Of a DNA stretch of 64,000 nucleotides, positions 1-12,600 are shown piece after piece (within the stretch, counting starts at the first letter, position 1; each line of letters begins with the position of its first letter). The stretch lies in the NCBI RefSeq assembly GCF_044704955.1, contig NC_091989.1, positions 110,856,001 through 110,920,000 on the forward strand. The letters run 5' to 3'. A model generated the notes under the pieces. It did no database searches. It worked only from the letters and a program-made list of their open reading frames with translations, and had not been told where the DNA came from. The position numbers and the translations under genes were made by a program. The stretch comes from Pristiophorus japonicus. Its lineage: Eukaryota.

Positions 1-48
1 TCAGATGGAGGGTGAGCAAGTTGGATCTCTAACCAGCGTACTAAGCTT

Positions 49-244
49 AAATATCATCATCACCATAGGCAGTCCCTCGGAATCGAGGAAGACTTGCTTC
101 CACTCTTAGCATGAGTTCTTAGGTGGCTGTACAGTCCACTACGAGAACCACAGTCTCTGTCACAGGTGGGACAGATATTCGTTAAGGGAAAGGATGGGCA
201 GGGAGACTGGTTTGCTGCACGCTCCTTCATAGCCTGCGGAAATA
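49..244. other. Putative 5-bp target-site duplication AAATA (49-53 and 240-244) flanking the RTE fragment
   Basis: Removing 54-244 restores the CR1 frame: CAG ATG GAG ... CTA AGC TTA AAT AAA GCA GAC TAT = QMEGEQVGSLTSVLSLNKADYEGMR. Confidence 0.8.
54..239 (-). mobile_element. 5'-truncated RTE-clade LINE 3' end nested in the CR1 in antisense orientation
   Basis: The minus strand from 227 translates KERAANQSPCPSFPLTNICPTCDRDCGSRSGLYSHLRTHAKSGSKSSSIPRDCLW***, containing a C-x2-C-x12-H-x3-H zinc finger. It runs directly into a (TGA)n tail, seen as TCATCATCA at 54-62 on +. A C-terminal C2H2 motif plus a trinucleotide tail fits RTE/BovB-like elements; clade assignment is by recognition only. Confidence 0.78.
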
Positions 245-812
245 AAGCAGACTATGAAGGTATGAGAGCAGAGTTGGGTAAAGTGGACTGGGAAAATAGA
301 TTAGAGGATAGGACGGTTATGAATAGTGGAGTACATTTAAGGAAATATTTCACAACTCTCAGGAAAAATATATTCCAGTGAGGAGGAAAGGGTGTACGAG
401 AAAAGATAGCCATCCGTGGTGAACTAAAGCAATAATTGACGGTATCCAATTAACAACAAGGGCATACAAAGTGGCCAAAACTAGTAGAAGGACAGAAGAC
501 TGGGAAGCTTTTAAAAGCCAGCAAAAAATGACTAAAAAAATGATTAAGAAAGGGAAGACAGACTATGAAAGTAAACTAGCGCAACATTTAAAAACAGATA
601 GCAAGAGTTTCTATAGGTATATAAAAAGGAAAAGGGTGGCTAAAGTAAATGTTGGTCCCTTAGAGAATGAGACCGGGGAACTAGTAATGGGGAACATAAA
701 GATCGCAGAAACTCTGAACAAATATTTTGTATCAGTCTTTACGGTAGAGGACACTAACAATATTCTGACAGTGTATAGCCCAGGGGCTATAGGGAGGGAG
801 GAACTTAACACG

Positions 813-830
813 ATCACAATCACAATCACA
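813..830 (+). repeat. (ATCACA)x3 in-frame hexamer repeat inside CR1 ORF2
   Basis: Read directly from the sequence; gives ITITIT in the 471-1418 translation. Confidence 0.7.
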
Positions 831-2374
831 AAGGAGGTGGTACTCAGTAAGATAATGGGACTAAAGGCAGATAAATCCCCTGGACCTGATGGCTTGCATC
901 CTAGGGTCTTAAGAGAAATAGCGGCAGGGATTGTGGATGCATTGGTTGTAATTTACCAAAATTCCCTGGATTGTGAGGAGGTCCCAGCAGATTGGAAAAC
1001 TGCAATTGTAACATCCTTATTTAAAAAAGGAGGCAGACAAAAAGCAGGAAACTATAGACCAGTTAGCCTAACATCTATGGTTCGGAAAATGTTGGAGTCC
1101 ATTATGAAAGAAGTAGTAGCAGGACATTTGGAAAAGCAAAATTTGGTCAGGCAGAGTCAGCATGGATTTATGAAGGGGAACTCATGTATGACAAATTTGC
1201 TGGAGTTCTTTGAGGATGTAATGAAAAGGGTGGATAAAGGGGAACCAGTTCATGGGGTTTATTTGGACTTCCAGAAGGCATTTGATAAGGTGCCACGTAA
1301 AAGGTTACTGCACAAGATAAATGTTCACGGGGTTGGGGGTGATATATTCGCATGGATAGAGGATTGGCTAGCTAACAGAGAAAAGAGAGTCAGGATAAAT
1401 GGTTCATTCTCTGGTTAGCAACCAGTAACTAGTGGGGTGGCACAGGGATCAGTGCTGGGACCCCAACTATTTACAATCTATATTAACGACTTGAAAGAAG
1501 AGACTGAGTGTAACTTAGCCAAGCTTGCTGATAATACAAAGATGGGAGGAAAAGCAATGTGTGAGGAGGACACAAAAAATCTGCAAAAGAACATAGACAG
1601 GCTAAGTGAGTGGCAAAAATTTGACAGATGAAGAATAATGTGGAACGTGTGAGGTCATGCAATTTGGCAGAAAAAAATCAAAGAGCAAGTTATTATTTAA
1701 ATGGAGAAAGATTGCAAAGTGCCGCAGTACAGCGGGACCTGGGGGTACTTGTGCATGAAACAGAAAAGGATAGTATGCAGGTAAAGCAAGTGATTAGGAA
1801 GGCAGATGGTATCTTGGCCTTATTGCAAAGGTGATGGAGTATAAAAGCAGGGAAGTCTTACTACAGGTACTAGTGAGGCCACACCTGGAACATGCGTGCA
1901 ATTTTGGTTTCCATATTTAAGAAAGGATATACTTGCTTTGGAGGCAGTTCAGAGACAGTTCATTAGGTTGATTCCGGGAATGAGGGGGTTGACTTATGAG
2001 GAATGGTTGAGTAGGTTGGGCCTCTACTCATTGGAATTCAGAAGAATGAGAGACGTATAAAATTATGACGGGACTTGACAGGGTGGATGCAGAGAGGATG
2101 TTTCCACTGATGGGTGAGACTCGAACAAGAGGCCACGGTCTTAGAATAAGGGGCCACCCATTTAAAACAGAGATGAGGAGAAATTTATTCTCTCAGAGGG
2201 TTGTGAATCTGTGAAATTCGCTGCGTCATAGAGCTGTGAAAGCTGGGACATTGAATAAATTTACGACAGAAATAGATGGTTTCTTAATCGATAATTGGAT
2301 AAGGGGTTATGGGGAGCGGGCAGGTAAGTAGAGCTGAGTCCATGATCAGATTAGCCATGATCTTATTTAATGGT

Positions 2375-2413
2375 GGAACAGGCTCGAGGGGCCGTATGGC
2401 CTACTCCTGTTCC
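2375..2413 (+). promoter_or_regulatory. CR1 3'-UTR stem-loop (putative RT recognition element)
   Basis: Perfect 8-bp inverted repeat GGAACAGG (2375-2382) / CCTGTTCC (2406-2413) enclosing an inner GGCC-GTAT-GGCC hairpin, immediately before the tail. CR1/L2 LINEs are known to carry such 3' stem-loops. Confidence 0.7.
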
Positions 2414-2416
2414 TAT

Positions 2417-2436
2417 TTCTAATGTTCTTATGTTCT
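2417..2436 (+). repeat. CR1 3'-terminal octamer repeat (TTCTWATG)x2.5
   Basis: TTCTAATG TTCTTATG TTCT, with no poly(A), as expected for CR1. Confidence 0.85.
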
Positions 2437-3694
2437 AACCCTGGCACAGGCTCTACACAACCATGACACAGGCTGCCCCAATGCTGGCACGGCTGTCGCA
2501 ATACTGGCACATGCTCTACCAATCCTGGCAAAGGCTGTCCCAACCCTGGCACTCGCTGTCCCATCACTGGCACATGTTGTCCCAACCCTGGCATGGGCTG
2601 TCCCAACTCTGGCAAAGTCTATCCCAGCCCCTGCCCTGACTATCCCAATCCTGGCACAGGCTCTACCAACCGTGATACAGGCTGTCCCAAACCTGGCACA
2701 GGCTTTACACAATCCTGGCACAGGCTGTCCCGACTCTGGCACTGGCTGCCACAAACCTGGCACAGGCTATACCAACCCTGGCACAGGCTGGCTCAAATCT
2801 GGCACAGATCCTACCAACCCTGGCACAGGCTGTTCCAACGCTGGCAGAGGGTATCTCTCTCACGGCACAAGCTGTCCCAACCCTGGCACAGGCTATTTCT
2901 ATCCCGGCACAGGTTATATCAACTCTGGCACAGGCTGGCCCAACTCTGGCACAAACCCTACCAACCCTGGCACAGGCTCACCTAACCTTGGTACAGGCTG
3001 ACCCAATCCTGGCACAGGCTCTCCCAACACTGGCACAGGCTGTCCCAACCCTGGCAGAGGGTAACTCTCTCGGCACAAGCTGTACGAACCCTGTCACAGG
3101 CTATCCATATCCTGGCACAGACTGTCCCAAATCTGGCACAGGCTGTTCAAACCCTCGCAGAGGGTATTTCTCTCTCGGCACAAGCTGTCCCAACCCTGGC
3201 ATAGGTTGCCCCAATCCTTGCACAGGCAGCTCCAGCGCTGGCACAAGCACAAGCGGTCCCAACCCTGGCACAGGCCATTCCAACCTTGGCACAGGCTGTA
3301 CCAACCCTGGTGCAAGCTGTCCCAACCCTGGCACGGGCTGTCCCAACCCTGGCACAGGCTCTACCAACCCTGGCGCACGCTGTCCCAACCCTGGCACAGA
3401 CTGTCCCAACTCTGGCACATGCTCTACCAACCCTGGCACAGGCTGGCCCAAAGCTGGCAGAGGCTCTACCAACTTTGGAACAAGCTGTCCCAACCCTGGC
3501 ACAGGCTGTCCCAACCCCGGAACAGGCTCTACACAACCATGGCACAGGCTGTTGCAACCCTGGCACAGGCTATCCTAAGCCCAGCGCAGGCTTGCCCCAA
3601 CCCTGGCAGAGGGTATCCCAATGCTGGCACAGGCTATCCCGATGCTGGCACAGGCTATCGCTAGCCTGGCACAGGTTATCCCAATCCTGGCACC

Positions 3695-6600
3695 GGCTGT
3701 CCCAAACCTGGCACAGGCTATCCCAACCCTGGCACAGACTGTCCTAACCCTGGCAGAGGCTATATCTCTCTCTCAGCACAAGCTGTCCCAACCCTGGCAT
3801 AGTTTTCCCCAATCCTGGTACAGGCATCTCCAATGCTGGCACAAGCACAAGTTGTCCCAACCCTGGTACAGGCCATTCCAACCTTGGCACAGGCTCTACC
3901 AATCCTGACGCAAGCTGTCCCAACCCTGGCACAGGCTCTCCCAACCCTGACACATGCTGTCCCACCCATGGCAGAGGCTTTCCCAACGCTGGCACAGGCG
4001 ATCGCTAGCCTAGCACAGGCTATCCCAATCCTGGCACATGCTGTCTCAAGCCTGGCACATGCTATCCCGACCCTGGCACAGGCTGCTGCAACCCTGGCAC
4101 AGTCTGCCCCAACTATGGCACAGGCTCTACCAACCTTGGCACAAGCTGTCCCCACCCTGGCACAGGCAGTTCCAACTCTGGCAAAGGCCGTACCAACTGT
4201 ACAGGCTCGTCTCAACAATGGCACAGTCTGCCCCAACCCTGGCACTGCCTGTTCAACATTGGCACCGGCTGACTCGACCCTGGCACAGATTGTCCCAAAC
4301 ATGGCACAGGCTGTTCCAACCCTGGCACTGTCTGTCCGAACCCTGGCACACGCTGTCCCAAACCTGGTACAGGCTATTGCTAATCTGGCACAGGCTATCC
4401 CAACCCTGGCACAGCCTGTTGCAACCCTGGCACAGGCTGTCCCAACCCTGGCACAGGTTATCCCAACCCTGGCAGAGTCATGCCTCAACAATGGCACCAG
4501 CTGACCCAACCCGGGCACAGGCTCTACCAATCCTGTCACAGGCTGTCCCGAACCTGACATAGGCTGTCCCATCCCTGGCATATCCAGACCTGGCACAGGC
4601 TATCCCAACCTTGGCACAGTCTGTCCCACCTCTGGCACGAGCTGTCCCATCCCGGCACAGGCTGTCCCAACTCTGGCACAGGCTGTCCTAATGCTGGTAC
4701 AGGCTATTCAAACGCTGGCACAGGCTATCACTATCCTGGCACAGGCTATCCCAATCCTGGCACCGGCTGTCCTAATCCCGGCACAGGCTCGTCTCATCCC
4801 TGGCACAGGCTTGTCCCGACCCTGGCACAGGTTGTCCCAATCCTGGCACACGCTGTCCCGACCCTGGCACAGACTGTCCCAATCCTGGCACAGGCTGTCC
4901 TAATCCTGGCACAAGCTGTCTCAACCCTGGCACGTGCTCTACCAAACCTGGCACCGGCTATACTAACCCTGGCATAGGCTCATCTCATCCCTGGCACAGA
5001 CTATCCCGACCCTGGCACAGAGTGTCCCGATCCTGACACAGGCTGTCGCAAAACTGTCACAGGCTGGCTCAACTATGGCACAGACTATATCAACCTTGGC
5101 ATAAGCTATCCTCATCCTGGCATAGGCGGTCCCAAGCCTGACACCGGCTGTTCAATACTGGCACCGGCTGTCCTGACCCTGGTACTATCTGTCTGAAACC
5201 TGGCACAGGCTGCCCCAACCCTGGCACACGCTGTCCAAAACCTGGCACAGGATGTCCGAACGCTGGCACAGGATGTACCAACTCTGGTGCAGGCTATCGC
5301 TATCCTGGCACAGGCTCAACAAACCCTGGCACTGGCTCGTCTCATCCCTAGCACAGGTTGTCCCGACCCTGGCACACCAACCCTGGCACAGGCTGTACCA
5401 ACCCTGGCACAGACAGTCACGATCCTGGCAAAGACTCTGCCAACTCTAGCACAGGCTGTCCCAATCCTGGCACAGGCTGTCCCAACTCTGGCACACGCTC
5501 TACCAAACCTGGCACAGGCTGTTCCAAACCTGGCACAGACTGTACCAACCATGGCACAGGACGTCCCAACCCAGACACAGGCTGTCCCAATCGTGATAGC
5601 GGCTATCGCTATCCTGGCACAGGTTGCCCCAACTCTAGCACAGGCTGTCCCAATTCTGGCACAGGCTATCCCAACCCTGGCACAGGCTATCCCGACCCTG
5701 GCATAGGCTGTCCCAACCCTGGTACTTTCTGTCCAAACACTGGCACAGGATGTCCGAACCCTGGCACAGGATGTACCAACCCTGGTACAGGCTATCGCTA
5801 TCCTGGAACAGGATGTACAAACACTGGCACAGGCTCGTCTCACCCCGGCACAGGCTGTCCTGACTCTGGCACAGGCTGTCCCGACCCTGACACAGGCTAT
5901 CCTGACCCTGGCACAGGCTATCCCCACCCTGGCACAGACAATCCGACCCTGGCACAGGCTATCCCTACACTGACACTGGCTGTCACAACCCTGGCACAGG
6001 CTGCCACAACCCTGGCACAGGCTGTTGTAACGCTGGCACAGGCTGTTGCAACGCTGGCACAGGCTGTCGCAACCCTGGCTCAGGCTGCTCCAACATTGAC
6101 ACAGGCTGTCGCAACCCTGGCACAGACTCTAGCAACCCTGGCACAGGCTGTCGCAACCCTGGCACAGGCTGTCCCAAACCTTACACAGGCTGTTCCGACC
6201 CTGGCAGTGGCTACCTCTATCCTGGCACAGGCTGTCCCAAACCTGGCACAGGCTGTCCCAACCCTGGCAGAGACTATCTCGCTCTCTCGGCACAAGCTGT
6301 CCTTACCCTGGCATAGGTTGCCCCAATCCTGGCACAGAAAGCTCCAACGCTGACACAAGCACAAGCAGTCCCAACCCTGGCACAGGCCATTCCAACCTTG
6401 GCACAGGTTTTACCAATCCTGGCATAAGCCATTCCAACCTTGGCACAGGCTCTACCAACCCTGACGCAAGCTGTCCCAACCCTGGCACGGGTTGTCCCTA
6501 CCCTGGCACAGGCTCTACCAACAAAGGCACAGGCTGTCGCAACCCTGGCACAGGCTGGCAGAAACCCTGGCACAGGCTGTACACAACCCTGGCACAGGCA

Positions 6601-9600
6601 GACCCAACCCTGGCACAGGCTGCCACAATCCTGGCACAGGTTGTCACAAAACTTGGTTCAGGCTCTACACAACCCAGGCACACGCTGTCCCAACCCTGGC
6701 ACAGGCTGCCACAGCCCTGGGACAGGCTGGCCCAACTCTGGCACATGCTCTACCAACCCTGGCACAGGCTGTCCCGACTATGGCACAGGATCTACCATCC
6801 ATGGCACAGGCTGCCACAATCCTGGCACAGGCTGTCCCAAACCTGGCACAGGCCGTCCCAACCCTGGCAGAGTCTATCTCGCTCTCTCGGCACAAGCTGT
6901 CCCAACCCTGGCGTAGGTTGCCCTAATCCTGGCACAGGCGCTACCAAACCTGGCACAGGCCATTCCAACCTTGGCACAGGCTCTACCAACCCTGACGCAA
7001 GCTGTCCCAACCCTGGCACGGGCTGTCCCTACCGTGGCACAGGCTCTACCAACAAAGGCACAGGCTGTCGCACCCCTGGCCACAGGCTGCCACAACCCTG
7101 GCACAGGCTGACGCAAATCCTGGCACAAGCTCTACACAACCATGGCACAGGCAGACCCAACCCTGGCACAGGCTGCCACAATCCTGGCACAGGCTGTCAC
7201 AGACCTTGGTTCAGGCTCTACACAAACCAGGTACACGCTGCCCCAACCCTGACACAGGCTGCCACAACCCTGGCACAGGCTGGCCCAACTATGGCACATG
7301 CTCTACCAAAACTGGCACAGGCTGACCCAAAGCTGGCATAGTCTCTACCAGCTTTGGCACAAGCTGTCATGACCCTGGCTCAGGCTGTCCCAAATCTGGC
7401 ACAGGTTCGACCAAGTCTGGCACTGGCTGTCGCAACCCTGGCACAGCCTATCCCAACGGTGGCACAGGCTATCGCTAGCCCGGCACAGGCTATCCCAACC
7501 CTGGCACATGCTGTCGCAAGCCTGGCACAGGCTGTCCAAACCCTGACACAGGCTGTCCCAAACCTGGCACAGGCTGTTCTAACCTTGGCGCAAGCTGTCC
7601 CAACTCTGGCACAGGCTGTCCTAGCCCTGGCGCAGGCTCATCTCATTCCTGGCACAGGCTGTCCTGAGTGTGGCACAAGCTGTCCCAACTCTGCCAAACG
7701 CTCTACCAGCCCTGGCACAGGCTCGTTACATCCCTGGCACAGGCTGTCATGATCCTGGCACAGGCTATCGTGACCCTGGCACAGGCTATCCCGACCCTGG
7801 CACAGGCTGTTGCAACCCTTGCACAGTCTCTATCAACCTTAGCACAAGCTGTCACCACCCTGCCACAGGCGGTTCCAACTCTGGCACAGGCCGTACCAAC
7901 TGCACAGGCTCGTATCAACAACAATGCCACAGTCTGTCCCAACCCTGGCACTGTCTGTCCGAACCGTGGCACATGCTGTCCCAAACCTGGTACAGGCTAT
8001 TGCTAATCTGGCACAGGCTATCCCAACCCTGGCACAGACTATCCCAACCCTGGCACAGACTGTCCCATCCCTGGCACAGACTGTCACAACACTGGCACAG
8101 ACTCAACAGAACCCTGGCACAGGCTCTACCAACCCTAGCACAAGCTGTCCCCACCCTGGTACAGGCAGTCCCAACCCTGGCAGAGTCACGCCTCAACAAT
8201 GGCACCAGCTGACCCAACGCTGACACAGACTACCAACTCTGGCACAGGCACTACCAACCCTGGCACAGGCTCTACCAATCCTATCACAGGATGTCCCGAA
8301 CTTGGCATAGGCTGTCCCATCCCTGGCACATGCTATCCAGACCCTGGCACAGGCTATCCCAAACTTCGCACAGGCTATCTCAACCCTGGCACAGTTTGTC
8401 GCAACACTGGCACACGCTGTCCCGACCCTGGGACAGGCTGTCTCACCCCGGGCACATCTGCCCCACCCCTGGCAGGGGCTGTCCCATCCCAGCACAGGCT
8501 GTCCCAACTCTGACATAGGCTATCGCTACCCTGGCACAGGCTATCCCAATCTTGGCACCGGCTGTCCCAACCTTAGCACAGGCTGTCCTAATCCTGGCAC
8601 AGGCTATCCCAACCGAGGCACAGGCTATCCAGACCCTGGCACTGGCTATCCCAACGCTTGCCTCATCCCTGGCACAGACTGCCGCGACTGTGGCACAGGC
8701 TGTCCCAACCCTGGTACAGGCTGTCCCAAACCTGGCACAGGCTATCCCAACCCTGGCACAGACTGTCCTAACCCTGGCAGAGGCTATATCTCTCTCTCAG
8801 CACAAGCTGTCCCAACCCTGGCATAGTTTTCCCCAATCCTGGTACAGGCATCTCCAATGCTGGCACAAGCACAAGTTGTCCCAACCCTGGTACAGGCCAT
8901 TCCAACCTTGGCACAGGCTCTACCAATCCTGACGCAAGCTGTCCCAACCCTGGCACAGGCTCTCCCAACCCTGACACATGCTGTCCCACCCATGGCAGAG
9001 GCTTTCCCAACGCTGGCACAGGCGATCGCTAGCCTAGCACAGGCTATCCCAATCCTGGCACATGCTGTCTCAAGCCTGGCACATGCTATCCCGACCCTGG
9101 CACAGGCTGCTGCAACCCTGGCACAGTCTGCCCCAACTATGGCACAGGCTCTACCAACCTTGGCACAAGCTGTCCCCACCCTGGCACAGGCAGTTCCAAC
9201 TCTGGCAAAGGCCGTACCAACTGTACAGGCTCGTCTCAACAATGGCACAGTCTGCCCCAACCCTGGCACTGCCTGTTCAACATTGGCACCGGCTGACTCG
9301 ACCCTGGCACAGATTGTCCCAAACATGGCACAGGCTGTTCCAACCCTGGCACTGTCTGTCCGAACCCTGGCACACGCTGTCCCAAACCTGGTACAGGCTA
9401 TTGCTAATCTGGCACAGGCTATCCCAACCCTGGCACAGCCTGTTGCAACCCTGGCACAGGCTGTCCCAACCCTGGCACAGGTTATCCCAACCCTGGCAGA
9501 GTCATGCCTCAACAATGGCACCAGCTGACCCAACCCGGGCACAGGCTCTACCAATCCTGTCACAGGCTGTCCCGAACCTGACATAGGCTGTCCCATCCCT

Positions 9601-12600
9601 GGCATATCCAGACCTGGCACAGGCTATCCCAACCTTGGCACAGTCTGTCCCACCTCTGGCACGAGCTGTCCCATCCCGGCACAGGCTGTCCCAACTCTGG
9701 CACAGGCTGTCCTAATGCTGGTACAGGCTATTCAAACGCTGGCACAGGCTATCACTATCCTGGCACAGGCTATCCCAATCCTGGCACCGGCTGTCCTAAT
9801 CCCGGCACAGGCTCGTCTCATCCCTGGCACAGGCTTGTCCCGACCCTGGCACAGGTTGTCCCAATCCTGGCACACGCTGTCCCGACCCTGGCACAGACTG
9901 TCCCAATCCTGGCACAGGCTGTCCTAATCCTGGCACAAGCTGTCTCAACCCTGGCACGTGCTCTACCAAACCTGGCACCGGCTATACTAACCCTGGCATA
10001 GGCTCATCTCATCCCTGGCACAGACTATCCCGACCCTGGCACAGAGTGTCCCGATCCTGACACAGGCTGTCGCAAAACTGTCACAGGCTGGCTCAACTAT
10101 GGCACAGACTATATCAACCTTGGCATAAGCTATCCTCATCCTGGCATAGGCGGTCCCAAGCCTGACACCGGCTGTTCAATACTGGCACCGGCTGTCCTGA
10201 CCCTGGTACTATCTGTCTGAAACCTGGCACAGGCTGCCCCAACCCTGGCACACGCTGTCCAAAACCTGGCACAGGATGTCCGAACGCTGGCACAGGATGT
10301 ACCAACTCTGGTGCAGGCTATCGCTATCCTGGCACAGGCTCAACAAACCCTGGCACTGGCTCGTCTCATCCCTAGCACAGGTTGTCCCGACCCTGGCACA
10401 CCAACCCTGGCACAGGCTGTACCAACCCTGGCACAGACAGTCACGATCCTGGCAAAGACTCTGCCAACTCTAGCACAGGCTGTCCCAATCCTGGCACAGG
10501 CTGTCCCAACTCTGGCACACGCTCTACCAAACCTGGCACAGGCTGTTCCAAACCTGGCACAGACTGTACCAACCATGGCACAGGACGTCCCAACCCAGAC
10601 ACAGGCTGTCCCAATCGTGATAGCGGCTATCGCTATCCTGGCACAGGTTGCCCCAACTCTAGCACAGGCTGTCCCAATTCTGGCACAGGCTATCCCAACC
10701 CTGGCACAGGCTATCCCGACCCTGGCATAGGCTGTCCCAACCCTGGTACTTTCTGTCCAAACACTGGCACAGGATGTCCGAACCCTGGCACAGGATGTAC
10801 CAACCCTGGTACAGGCTATCGCTATCCTGGAACAGGATGTACAAACACTGGCACAGGCTCGTCTCACCCCGGCACAGGCTGTCCTGACTCTGGCACAGGC
10901 TGTCCCGACCCTGACACAGGCTATCCTGACCCTGGCACAGGCTATCCCCACCCTGGCACAGACAATCCGACCCTGGCACAGGCTATCCCTACACTGACAC
11001 TGGCTGTCACAACCCTGGCACAGGCTGCCACAACCCTGGCACAGGCTGTTGTAACGCTGGCACAGGCTGTTGCAACGCTGGCACAGGCTGTCGCAACCCT
11101 GGCTCAGGCTGCTCCAACATTGACACAGGCTGTCGCAACCCTGGCACAGACTCTAGCAACCCTGGCACAGGCTGTCGCAACCCTGGCACAGGCTGTCCCA
11201 AACCTTACACAGGCTGTTCCGACCCTGGCAGTGGCTACCTCTATCCTGGCACAGGCTGTCCCAAACCTGGCACAGGCTGTCCCAACCCTGGCAGAGACTA
11301 TCTCGCTCTCTCGGCACAAGCTGTCCTTACCCTGGCATAGGTTGCCCCAATCCTGGCACAGAAAGCTCCAACGCTGACACAAGCACAAGCAGTCCCAACC
11401 CTGGCACAGGCCATTCCAACCTTGGCACAGGTTTTACCAATCCTGGCATAAGCCATTCCAACCTTGGCACAGGCTCTACCAACCCTGACGCAAGCTGTCC
11501 CAACCCTGGCACGGGTTGTCCCTACCCTGGCACAGGCTCTACCAACAAAGGCACAGGCTGTCGCAACCCTGGCACAGGCTGGCAGAAACCCTGGCACAGG
11601 CTGTACACAACCCTGGCACAGGCAGACCCAACCCTGGCACAGGCTGCCACAATCCTGGCACAGGTTGTCACAAAACTTGGTTCAGGCTCTACACAACCCA
11701 GGCACACGCTGTCCCAACCCTGGCACAGGCTGCCACAGCCCTGGGACAGGCTGGCCCAACTCTGGCACATGCTCTACCAACCCTGGCACAGGCTGTCCCG
11801 ACTATGGCACAGGATCTACCATCCATGGCACAGGCTGCCACAATCCTGGCACAGGCTGTCCCAAACCTGGCACAGGCCGTCCCAACCCTGGCAGAGTCTA
11901 TCTCGCTCTCTCGGCACAAGCTGTCCCAACCCTGGCGTAGGTTGCCCTAATCCTGGCACAGGCGCTACCAAACCTGGCACAGGCCATTCCAACCTTGGCA
12001 CAGGCTCTACCAACCCTGACGCAAGCTGTCCCAACCCTGGCACGGGCTGTCCCTACCGTGGCACAGGCTCTACCAACAAAGGCACAGGCTGTCGCACCCC
12101 TGGCCACAGGCTGCCACAACCCTGGCACAGGCTGACGCAAATCCTGGCACAAGCTCTACACAACCATGGCACAGGCAGACCCAACCCTGGCACAGGCTGC
12201 CACAATCCTGGCACAGGCTGTCACAGACCTTGGTTCAGGCTCTACACAAACCAGGTACACGCTGCCCCAACCCTGACACAGGCTGCCACAACCCTGGCAC
12301 AGGCTGGCCCAACTATGGCACATGCTCTACCAAAACTGGCACAGGCTGACCCAAAGCTGGCATAGTCTCTACCAGCTTTGGCACAAGCTGTCATGACCCT
12401 GGCTCAGGCTGTCCCAAATCTGGCACAGGTTCGACCAAGTCTGGCACTGGCTGTCGCAACCCTGGCACAGCCTATCCCAACGGTGGCACAGGCTATCGCT
12501 AGCCCGGCACAGGCTATCCCAACCCTGGCACATGCTGTCGCAAGCCTGGCACAGGCTGTCCAAACCCTGACACAGGCTGTCCCAAACCTGGCACAGGCTG

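Larger units (their letters stand above)
2..2337 (+). pseudogene. Disrupted CR1 ORF2 (post-endonuclease linker, reverse transcriptase, C-terminus)
   Basis: ORF fragments 471-1418, 1437-1631 and 1628-1834 are collinear pieces of one RT. There is an in-frame TAG at 1416-1418 followed by [15 protein letters not shown]. The catalytic F/YADD motif reads LADN (1524-1535). Several frameshifts and the insertion at 54-239 interrupt it. The probable terminus is ...IRGYGERAGK*S* with TGA at 2335-2337. Confidence 0.9.
1..2436 (+). mobile_element. CR1-clade non-LTR retrotransposon (LINE), 3' portion, degenerate; 5' part lies outside the window
   Basis: Translation shows CR1-type ORF2 motifs (KSPGPDGLHPRVL, NYRPVSLTS, QHGFMKG, YLDFQKAFDKV, QGSVLGP.LF..YINDL). 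It ends in a 3' stem-loop and an octamer-repeat tail. From memory the 3' end resembles the elasmobranch HER1/HE1-type tail; not checked by search. Confidence 0.93.

Noticed and set aside
112-174. Host C2H2 zinc-finger gene exon on the minus strand
   Set aside because: It is a single finger followed by stops and a (TGA)n tail, bounded by a target-site duplication inside a CR1; a retroelement C-terminus explains it better.
150-175. Similarity of the RTE-like minus strand (CTGTCCCACCTGTGACAG) to the satellite monomer
   Set aside because: The match is short and gapped, and not distinguishable from chance.
166-381. 71-aa ORF as a real small gene
   Set aside because: It is a chimera of antisense RTE-like sequence and the CR1 linker read across the insertion junction.
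252-1353. Minus-strand ORFs 252-449, 611-829 and 1168-1353
   Set aside because: They are antisense shadows of CR1 ORF2 with no recognisable motifs.
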